Shown: positions 49,516-56,916 of the stretch, piece after piece
Numbering within the stretch: the first letter of the stretch is position 1
How the letters are laid out: every line of letters begins with the position of its first letter
Virus record (IMG/VR): IMGVR_UViG_3300042542_005195
Span: 1-58,796 of that record
Direction: 5' to 3' (one strand)
DNA: 58,796 bases
DNA from: a virus
Taxonomy: Duplodnaviria; Caudoviricetes
Program-made: the position numbers and the translations under genes
The notes under the pieces: model-generated
The model's input: the letters and a program-made list of their open reading frames with translations, nothing else
Database searches by the model: none
Told to the model about the DNA's origin: nothing

Positions 49516-50246
49516 TTTATTGTAGTTTTTTGATATTTACAATCAATTTTGAATTGACCTAGATGCGACTTTACCTTGGTTTAAGAACCTGTCTCTGATT
49601 TCACGGAATTCCTTTGCTGTTAAATTCTTTAAACACATCTTGAATAAAAGGTCTTTTTTAACGCCTCCATCTTTAATCCAACCTCCAGGTTTTTTATCTA
49701 CGGATGTATTGTCTATAGCGGTCTCTTGTTTATAACTCATACCTGAATCCTCCCACTCAATTTTAACAAATTGTTCTTTCTCCGCTTCAGGACTATTCAT
49801 TTTTGTTGCACTACCAACAACATTATAAGTGTTCCAAGTAACATTATTAACACCATCTTCTTTTGCTGCAGTGACAAAATTGTTTGCCCTTTCTTTCGCT
49901 AGCGATTTGTTGTCGAAACCTTGGGCGGTACCAACATTTGACGCACCTCCGGTCACTTTTACCAAAGTATTGTTTGGTAAATTTTTTAGTTTTTTAATGA
50001 GTTCCTTGTATTCAGGTAAATTTTTATTTATTGCAGAAATTCCGTTTTTGAATAGGTTAGAACCCAAAAGTTCTGTGTTTTTGTAATATGTTAATTTTTC
50101 TTTGAATGGTTTAGTATCGTCTTCCATACCTGGCGCTCCTGTTCTGTCATCCCTATAAGGTTGTTCAGACAATGTATAACCACGTTTTTTGTGTAATTCC
50201 AAAATTCTTTGTTTTTCTGATTTTGGAATATCGTTAAATAAATTTT
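49462..50246. repeat. 50-bp identical direct repeat encoding the shared leader (copies at 49462-49511 and 50197-50246)
   Basis: ttccaaaattctttgtttttctgattttggaatatcgttaaataaatttt occurs twice, 735 bp apart. Confidence 0.9.
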
Positions 50247-50250
50247 CCAT
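49543..50250 (-). CDS. Leader-bearing OmpA-C-like (peptidoglycan-binding) protein
   Basis: MENLFNDIPKSEKQRILELH leader; V.VTGGAS..G....N.SLAKERANN. Confidence 0.65.
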   Translation of the reverse strand: MENLFNDIPKSEKQRILELHKKRGYTLSEQPYRDDRTGAPGMEDDTKPFKEKLTYYKNTELLGSNLFKNGISAINKNLPEYKELIKKLKNLPNNTLVKVTGGASNVGTAQGFDNKSLAKERANNFVTAAKEDGVNNVTWNTYNVVGSATKMNSPEAEKEQFVKIEWEDSGMSYKQETAIDNTSVDKKPGGWIKDGGVKKDLLFKMCLKNLTAKEFREIRDRFLNQGKVASRSIQN

Positions 50251-50292
50251 ATGTTTATATTTTTATTATAAATATACAATCACTAAAAAAAA

Positions 50293-51642
50293 TCAAAATA
50301 AAGATAAATTGTTGATGGTTTTCATAAAATCGTCATAGGTCATTTGAGTTCTTCCCGAACCTTTATCGAAACCTCCTCTTCTCAAATCTACAATTATTTT
50401 ATTTGTTTTTGGGTCAACACCTACCAAATGAAAACTGTGTTTTGGGTTGGCAGGAAAATCATACCACTTACCGAACTTATATTTTTTTTGTAAGTCAGTT
50501 AAAACTTTACGGTATTCATTAATGTCTTTAATTAAATCTCCTTCCATTACCACGTCGTAAAATTTATCAACATAATGTGTTACACTTCTGTTAAAACTTT
50601 CTGTGTCAAATTCACCATAAAACTCGTACATGTATTCTTCATAATTGGTGACATCTAATTTATGTCCGAAATGTGAAATTAAATAATATAAATCTTTATC
50701 GTATAGACCTGATTTTTCATATAATCTTAAAGCATTACCTACGGTTGTAATATATTTGTAAAAACAACCGGTTTTTGAATATATACCAAATTTTTCATAT
50801 ACATCGCATGTTTCTTCCCTAACTTCTTTTTTAAATTGTTCGTTTCTTCCCTCGTTTTCCATGTTTACATAATCGCTCCAAACATCTTCACCAAATCTAG
50901 GGTAGATATTATCAAATATTTCAACCGCCGATTCCCAATCACCATCTCCATCTAACATAGATAATGTTGGAGCAAATAATTTCAAAATCTCATCAAGTTT
51001 TGCAAGGTTTTCATTATTGAATGAATAAAATACCCTACCTACTCTCCAATCATAATCATCACCATAATCGATAAATTCATAACCACCACCATAAGAAGAA
51101 AAAACTCTGTTCAAAATCCAAATTGTATCTTCTGATATATCAAAAGTTTTGAAAAATTGCTCGTCATCATCAAATTTCAAAAATAAAACAGAGTTTTTCG
51201 GATTCTTTTTTGCAAACTTAACATCATCAATTAAACTATCCATGCGTCCCAAGGTCCAACTACTTTTTGGAATTGTTCCTTCCGCCAATTTTTTTAATCC
51301 TAAATATGTTGTGGTTGAGAACCAATCTACATAATCTTCAATATATTCTACAATAAAAGAATAATTTTGAACTATGTCTGAAAATGATACAACACCACCA
51401 TCAAAGTTTTCTGAAGTTGTGTTACCACTTTCATTTACATGTATATAAAAAGATGAGTCATGGTCTGCTTTATTAATTAAAAAAAATAAATGACCTCTAC
51501 TTAATTGAGACCAAGAATATCTACCAAAATTTCTTTCTCCGCCATAATATACGGCAACACTATAAGTTATAACTTCAAAAAATTCGTAATTATCGTTTTC
51601 AAATAATAATTTTTTACCTTCATTTAACTCTTCTTCGGTCAT
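50293..51642 (-). CDS. Hypothetical protein (aromatic/acidic)
   Basis: 449 aa, TATTTAT upstream, N-terminal ELNE. Confidence 0.8.
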   Translation of the reverse strand: MTEEELNEGKKLLFENDNYEFFEVITYSVAVYYGGERNFGRYSWSQLSRGHLFFLINKADHDSSFYIHVNESGNTTSENFDGGVVSFSDIVQNYSFIVEYIEDYVDWFSTTTYLGLKKLAEGTIPKSSWTLGRMDSLIDDVKFAKKNPKNSVLFLKFDDDEQFFKTFDISEDTIWILNRVFSSYGGGYEFIDYGDDYDWRVGRVFYSFNNENLAKLDEILKLFAPTLSMLDGDGDWESAVEIFDNIYPRFGEDVWSDYVNMENEGRNEQFKKEVREETCDVYEKFGIYSKTGCFYKYITTVGNALRLYEKSGLYDKDLYYLISHFGHKLDVTNYEEYMYEFYGEFDTESFNRSVTHYVDKFYDVVMEGDLIKDINEYRKVLTDLQKKYKFGKWYDFPANPKHSFHLVGVDPKTNKIIVDLRRGGFDKGSGRTQMTYDDFMKTINNLSLF

Positions 51643-51671
51643 AAAACTTTTTTACATAAATATTAGTTTTT

Positions 51672-51702
51672 TTTGGTTTTTACAAAAAGTTCCGTATATT
51701 TG
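51672..51702 (+). promoter_or_regulatory. Bacteroidota sigma-A promoter for tmRNA
   Basis: TTTG (51672-51675), N19, TATATTTG (51695-51702). Confidence 0.75.
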
Positions 51703-51730
51703 TAAAAGAAATCAAGTTCTTTAAAATATT

Positions 51731-52110
51731 GGGGATGACATAGCATCGATTGGCACGGTTGTCAATCAAGGGCGCATCAAGGACGAACTAACCTTGTCAA
51801 AATGGTTCAAATCAATAGACGGAAACGTTATCAACAAACTTTCAGCTGTAGGACTTGTTCGTACTTCTGAAACAGTAGCAGTAGCCTAAGGCGAACCTAC
51901 CTCGGGTCGGCGTACTTATAACCTAGGAACAGAAGTACTTGAAGTGTGTGGTTTCTACCAAAAAAGAAACAAAAACCTCGTTTTGTCTGTTATGAGGAGG
52001 TATTCAAAACAGAATATTTCGGAACATTATGAATTAATGTTGTAATATGTGCGTAGTCCTTGATTCGCAAAGTGAGCAAGACCGGGGGGCGGCACCCCGC
52101 ATCTCCACCA
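51731..52110 (+). ncRNA. ssrA: tmRNA (one-piece)
   Basis: GGGGATG/CATCTCC-ACCA acceptor stem with G3.U70, T-stem CGGGG/CCCCG, and tag ORF 51821-51889 (A)GNVINKLSAVGLVRTSETVAVA*. Confidence 0.93.
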
Positions 52111-52113
52111 TCT

Positions 52114-52143
52114 AAAACCTCATCAGAAATGGTGGGGTTTTTT
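52114..52143. terminator. Terminator after tmRNA
   Basis: AAAACCTCATCA-GAAA-TGGTGGGGTTTT followed by T residues. Confidence 0.8.
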
Positions 52144-52954
52144 ATTTTAATAGGGATGCGGCATATTCCAATGCCCCCCAATGACCAATTCCTGAAGGTG
52201 TCTCTGTCGCCCCATCAACAACACCTGAACCCCTACCTTGACTTGGACCAACAATTACATTACTCGCAGGCACTCCTTTACTTACCGCATTATTAATTGA
52301 TGTTCGGACACCTGCAGATATCGCATAAGGTTCAACAATAAAAAGTTTATTTTTATCATCCATTGCACTTGAAATATCATTTGCATATCTGCAACCCGCG
52401 CTAAATAAAATCACATATGAATTTGGATTATTCTTTATAGAATTTAAAACATCAGATAACTCAAAATATCTATGTCCAATAACATTTTCTGAACCTGATG
52501 ATTTTTTAACTTTGTCAACTTGTTGATTTATATTTAAATCACCTCCTCTTGTATCTAACCCACCCATTAAAATGATATCGGAATTACCGCCATCTTTTTT
52601 TACTGTAATTGTAGAAGGTTCATTTTTTTCTTTTTCAATTTCTTCAGATGAAGATTCCGATTTACAAAAATCGGGTGTTTTCCATTCTACCTCTTTATCT
52701 TCCAATTTTTTAATATAACCTGTTGTTATCGGACCTACAACTCCGTCATCTTCAATCCCCATATCAGATTGAAATTTTTGAACACATTTTTTTGTTTGCG
52801 GACCAAATTTACCGTCAATATAAATCCCTAAAATTTTTTGTAATTCTTCAACATCAGTACCAACTGAACCTACTTTTAGAATTCCATCCAAAGTAAAGGA
52901 TTCATCAATTCTCATGATTTCTTTTATTCTTAATATGTTTTCAATCAAATTCAT
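52142..52954 (-). CDS. Peptidoglycan-binding domain plus alpha/beta-hydrolase-like domain
   Basis: LK.GS.G.DVEELQ..L...DG.FGP.T...V..FQ.....DGVVGP.T, followed by LFSAG and a C-terminal GH. Confidence 0.75.
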   Translation of the reverse strand: MNLIENILRIKEIMRIDESFTLDGILKVGSVGTDVEELQKILGIYIDGKFGPQTKKCVQKFQSDMGIEDDGVVGPITTGYIKKLEDKEVEWKTPDFCKSESSSEEIEKEKNEPSTITVKKDGGNSDIILMGGLDTRGGDLNINQQVDKVKKSSGSENVIGHRYFELSDVLNSIKNNPNSYVILFSAGCRYANDISSAMDDKNKLFIVEPYAISAGVRTSINNAVSKGVPASNVIVGPSQGRGSGVVDGATETPSGIGHWGALEYAASLLK

Positions 52955-52970
52955 AATAATAAATATCATA

Positions 52971-53006
52971 AAAATAAAAAAGGGTCATCACCGAAGTGAA
53001 AACCCT
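52971..53006 (-). terminator. Terminator of the minus-strand RNA island
   Basis: AGGGT-tt-TCAC-TTCG-GTGA-tg-ACCCT followed by TTTTT (cUUCGg loop). Confidence 0.8.
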
Positions 53007-53347
53007 GTTTGGCTATTGGTTTCGTGGTTGGGTTTCCAATAAACCCAAGTTTAATTGTAGTGAGCAAATAACTCGAATCGTTCGACCACTCGACGGATGT
53101 GTTAAACAGTTAATTACCTCTGTTTTTTATTCGTTTCGCTGAACCCCAAACGAACGGTGTGGTTATCACATCTACTCACACTCTTTAAAAGGTGGACTAT
53201 TTTTTTGTTTTCATGGGTATGGGGTATGAAACACATAACAAGTTCCTAGAACATAAACAAAAAACCCCCGAACACAATATTTTTTTTGTTTTTTTATTAT
53301 CCCGAAAAATTAGGTGGCTTCATCCGATTCCACCGTAAACGGTTCAC
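53007..53347 (-). ncRNA. Unidentified highly structured ncRNA (about 340 nt)
   Basis: No ORF of 60 aa or more; at least seven helices plus loop-loop complementarities; lies between the tRNA and the terminator. Confidence 0.6.
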
Positions 53348-53350
53348 TAG

Positions 53351-53424
53351 TTGCGACGCTTTGGAGTTGAACCAAATTAGTGATGCTTATGAGACACCCC
53401 CAGATACCGACCTGACCGCCCGCC
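53351..53424 (-). tRNA. Atypical tRNA with CAT anticodon (Met/fMet-like)
   Basis: Cloverleaf with anticodon loop CTCATAA, T-arm TTTGG-TTCAACT-CCAAA and D-stem TCAG/CTGG. The acceptor stem is irregular and is followed by CTA. Confidence 0.8.
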
Positions 53425-53447
53425 ATATTTTATAACCATAAGTAAAG

Positions 53448-53542
53448 AACAATTTCAGAATATGCTACTGACTCGCGTATAATCGGTGACTTTCATCACT
53501 CTTTATTGTCAGGTTCACACCAGACCTCCTTTCTGAATTGTT
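53448..53542 (-). ncRNA. Putative ~95-nt structured RNA or leader
   Basis: Ends pair (AACAATTCAGAA / TTCTGAAATTGTT) around CTGAC/GTCAG and GTGAT-GAAA-GTCAC. Starts just after TAACTTTG. Confidence 0.5.
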
Positions 53543-53545
53543 TGA

Positions 53546-53575
53546 CAAAGTTAAGTATTTTTTTTCAGTTGTCAA
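53546..53575 (-). promoter_or_regulatory. Promoter for the RNA island
   Basis: TTGACA (53575-53570), N16, TAACTTTG (53553-53546). Confidence 0.65.
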
Positions 53576-53595
53576 GCACTTTTTTTGATTTTTTT

Positions 53596-53662
53596 CATCT
53601 CCCCCACCCTATCATAAAAACAACAACCTAAATACTGACAGGGTGGGGTGACATCCAAATCT
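53596..53662 (-). ncRNA. Putative small hairpin RNA
   Basis: 13-bp stem CCCCACCCTGTCA/TGATAGGGTGGGG with a 21-nt loop. Own promoter TTTG-N19-TACCTTTG (53697-53667). Confidence 0.45.
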
Positions 53663-53779
53663 TTCACAAAGGTAAAAACTTTTTCGGATATCACAAAATT
53701 AAATTTAAAAAAAAACTATTTGACTTCTTAAAAAATGTTAATTATAATTGAACTTGAAATAAACAAAATTATAAGAACT

Positions 53780-53938
53780 ATGAAAAATCTATTATTTATT
53801 TTTGCAATCGTCATTGGACTTTCATCTTGCGGTGGGTCATCAGAGGGAACTCCATCAACTGATTCTACTTCAGTAGATTCTACAGTGGTTGATTCTTGTA
53901 CTGTAGATACTTGCAAAGTTGATTCTTGCAAAAAATAA
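53780..53938 (+). CDS. Small lipoprotein with D(S/T)x repeats
   Basis: MKNLLFIFAIVIGLSS-C lipobox; promoter TTGACT-N17-TATAAT at 53720-53748; hairpin at about 53961-53993. Confidence 0.75.
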   Translation: MKNLLFIFAIVIGLSSCGGSSEGTPSTDSTSVDSTVVDSCTVDTCKVDSCKK

Positions 53939-53994
53939 TTTACACAAGATTCACAAAAATAACCCTGAACATTAATTTGTTTGGGGTTTTTTTA

Positions 53995-54696
53995 TTAAAA
54001 CAATCTTTTGATTTTTTCTATTTCCTCTTTTAACAGATTTTGGAATTCTGTATTTCGATTCTCATTTGTCTTATTCTTATTAGCAGGAGTAAACCAAGTT
54101 TTACCCTTTAAAGGTGGTGCATATCTTTCCTCATCTGACATTTTACTTTTTTTTGCAGGAGTAAAAAAGGATTTTCCTTTGAGCATATTCAGAGGTGCGG
54201 CTAACGCATCGGCAAATACTTGATGCGCAATAGTTAATCCCTTGGTTCTTTTAAAAGCACCTGTGGAGGTGTCGTCACCATAAGTTTTTATATTTTGAGA
54301 TTTAGGTTTCGTTTCCTCACCTTTATTTCTTGTTGTTTTATTTTCAGGTTTTTCTCCTGAAACTCCAAAAAAGCTACTTGGGCTCAAATTACTAAATCCA
54401 TCATTTATACTAAACTCAACAGGGTTCGAGCCAAATCTACCTATTTTCTGACCAGTAGATACATTATCACCTCTTGATACCAATATTGTATTAACACCAC
54501 AAAATTCAGAATAAATGGTTGAGCCATTGAAATTGTGTTTTATTTTTATATTACCTCCACATGACGAGTATGATGTTGTTGTTACAACACCGTCGTAAGG
54601 AGATAAAATTTCTTGCATGTTATATCCTGCATATTCTAAAACATTATCACCTTTCTTATTTGACGAACCGTTTATTGGTTTTATAAATGTTGACAT
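53995..54696 (-). CDS. M23 peptidase-fold protein, catalytically degenerate
   Basis: SPYDGVV...GGNIKIKH...V..GD.V..GQKIG pattern, without HxxxD or HxH. Confidence 0.65.
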   Translation of the reverse strand: MSTFIKPINGSSNKKGDNVLEYAGYNMQEILSPYDGVVTTTSYSSCGGNIKIKHNFNGSTIYSEFCGVNTILVSRGDNVSTGQKIGRFGSNPVEFSINDGFSNLSPSSFFGVSGEKPENKTTRNKGEETKPKSQNIKTYGDDTSTGAFKRTKGLTIAHQVFADALAAPLNMLKGKSFFTPAKKSKMSDEERYAPPLKGKTWFTPANKNKTNENRNTEFQNLLKEEIEKIKRLF

Positions 54697-54737
54697 ACTT
54701 TTTTTGATAAATACTTATATTTATAAAAAAATCATAT

Positions 54738-55559
54738 ATGAACTTATTAAATTTAGCAAAAAGGTTAGAAAGATTAATTCCTGATGATTATAGATATAGT
54801 TTAACCAGTATTCTCGGATTTTTACGTACAAACTCAACTATGTCACAATTGACAAAACATTTAAGTTTAGAACAAAATATTCAATTATCAATTTATTTAA
54901 ATGCGATTGTAAAAGGACAAGACCTAAAAGTTGTAGAATGGTTTTCTAAAAACCTATATATGGTGGATGTAATTTGTTTTGAAAATCATCCTTATGATAT
55001 GGAGTGTGATGAATGTAATGGGCGTGGTGAATTTGACTGTAGTTATTGTGACGGTAGTGGTAGTCAACATTGTGGTGAATGTGATGGTGATGGTGAAGTA
55101 GAAAATGGTGAAGGTAATATGGAAACTTGTGATTGGTGCGATGGTGATGGTTCTGAAGATTGTGGTGATTGCGGAGGTTCAGGGACCGAATCTTGCGGCG
55201 CATGTGATGGTAGCGGAGAAGTAGATGGTCCTGATAATGTACCAGGTGTTGAATTGAGAACTTATTTGGGATTCAATCCGAAAATTATGGATAAATTATC
55301 TTTGATGGAAAAAGAAGGAAAAGAGGTTAAAGAAAAATTAACAACATTTTTACATGAAAATTTTATAGATTTAGGAAGTCACCAATATAACGATAACGAC
55401 CTATATGATGTTGATGAAGTTCCTGAAGAAAGGTGGGGTAAATGTTTTGTTAATAACATTTATGAATTTGACGGTTCAGTAATTACACCAAGTTTTTACA
55501 GAAAAAAATATTACGCATTACATGTAAATGATGTTTTATTGGACACTCCTAATCCATGA
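54738..55559 (+). CDS. DnaJ-type zinc-finger repeat protein
   Basis: Six CxxCxGxG motifs; no J-domain HPD. Confidence 0.8.
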   Translation: MNLLNLAKRLERLIPDDYRYSLTSILGFLRTNSTMSQLTKHLSLEQNIQLSIYLNAIVKGQDLKVVEWFSKNLYMVDVICFENHPYDMECDECNGRGEFDCSYCDGSGSQHCGECDGDGEVENGEGNMETCDWCDGDGSEDCGDCGGSGTESCGACDGSGEVDGPDNVPGVELRTYLGFNPKIMDKLSLMEKEGKEVKEKLTTFLHENFIDLGSHQYNDNDLYDVDEVPEERWGKCFVNNIYEFDGSVITPSFYRKKYYALHVNDVLLDTPNP

Positions 55560-55859
55560 GTAAGTTCCACCAATAGTTAAAGTTATACCAACTCCGAACA
55601 TTACATTAACAGGAAAATTTGTTAATATATTTGGTCTTACCACAGTTTTTTCAAACTGACCCGTTCTAGTATTATAAGTTGTTTTTATATATCCTTGAGT
55701 TTCATTTTCCAAGATGGATGCGGTTAATAACACAACACCACCAACAATCATTATAGGTCCGTTTTTTGGTTTATTTGAATAACGAAAAGTTTGAGCCTTG
55801 GAAAGACCAAAACTCAAACTTAACATCAAAACCAAAATAAAATTTTTAAAGTTTTTCAT
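55536..55859 (-). CDS. Secreted/membrane hypothetical protein
   Basis: Signal peptide ending SKA|Q and two hydrophobic segments. Confidence 0.65.
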   Translation of the reverse strand: MKNFKNFILVLMLSLSFGLSKAQTFRYSNKPKNGPIMIVGGVVLLTASILENETQGYIKTTYNTRTGQFEKTVVRPNILTNFPVNVMFGVGITLTIGGTYSWIRSVQ

Positions 55860-56916
55860 ATTTGGGTTTTATTAGTTTCCATATTATGGATGAGTAATCT
55901 TTTTTATCCCACATCGCGAACATAACCGCATGAAGTCCTTTTTTATCAAAATTTCTCTGAACAAATTCTGCAAACTCCTTTTTAGTAGGTTCAACCTCTT
56001 TATCACCATACTTCCCATATCTATAATAATCGTAGTATTTACCGCAATACTCAGATATTCTAAAGTATTTGTATTTTAACTCCCCCATATAGGACTTAAC
56101 TTTTTTATAGAATTCATCAGGAACGTCTTTTAATAACGCATCTATATCATCACCATTACTTAATACTTCCCATATAGAAGTTGTAGAAACTTGAGTCATT
56201 ATTTTATGTAATCTCAAATACTCTTCTCCTTTTATTTTCATTCTGTCTCCATTAGAAAATCTAACAACGAATCCTTCCTCGTTATTTTTCACAATAGATT
56301 TTAAAGTACGATAATCAGATATTCCATCGTATTTCTTAACAACTTTAAATCCTACGTTTGAAACTATGTTTTTTAATCTAACGTCAACATCTTCACTGTA
56401 TAAATCAACTTCATATCCTGTTTTTGTGTTTACCATACCTAACAAGATTATATCCTCAAAATCGTAATCCACCACTATCCGGTTTGATTTATATATGATT
56501 TCAAAAAGGTAAGTGTAGTCCTTATGTAAGGAGTTGTAGTGAGCGAAGTCATAATTAAACATCATTTCATACCCTTTTACCGCTTGGTCAGAAGTAAAAG
56601 AACCTCGAGTTGCCATAACCCAACCACCTTCGTAATAGAAGAATATACCCAAACTACCGTCCATTTTTTCATAAACCTCAAAATCTGAAGTTGGGGTGTG
56701 TTTTCCCTCCTCCATATTGAAGAATTTTTTAAATGGTCTTGCAACTACATTTCCTTTATCGTCAGTAACAAGACCACGGCACATTAAAGTGATATCGTCC
56801 CATAACCCTTCATATTGAACCTTTTCTGTGTAGTTCCATATGGTAAGTGGATAGGTTGGATGCTGTTGTTTATATAGCAGTCCATCCCGATAATATTTTT
56901 CTAATGTCTCTAACAT
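55846..56916 (-). CDS. RNA ligase (T4 Rnl1-like)
   Basis: CRGLV, KFFN, EKMDGSLG (motif I), TRGSF, FEII, EGFVV and KIK. TATCTTTG lies 4 nt upstream. Confidence 0.9.
   Translation of the reverse strand: MLETLEKYYRDGLLYKQQHPTYPLTIWNYTEKVQYEGLWDDITLMCRGLVTDDKGNVVARPFKKFFNMEEGKHTPTSDFEVYEKMDGSLGIFFYYEGGWVMATRGSFTSDQAVKGYEMMFNYDFAHYNSLHKDYTYLFEIIYKSNRIVVDYDFEDIILLGMVNTKTGYEVDLYSEDVDVRLKNIVSNVGFKVVKKYDGISDYRTLKSIVKNNEEGFVVRFSNGDRMKIKGEEYLRLHKIMTQVSTTSIWEVLSNGDDIDALLKDVPDEFYKKVKSYMGELKYKYFRISEYCGKYYDYYRYGKYGDKEVEPTKKEFAEFVQRNFDKKGLHAVMFAMWDKKDYSSIIWKLIKPKYEKL

Noticed and set aside
51990-52296. ORFs 51990..52181 (-) and 52060..52296 (+)
   Set aside because: They overlap the tmRNA 3' end, its terminator and the opposite-strand gene, so they are shadow ORFs.
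53300-53350. Theta/HDV-like ribozyme at the tRNA 3' end
   Set aside because: I could not build the nested P1/P2/P3/P1.1 double pseudoknot directly after the tRNA. A covariance search would settle it.
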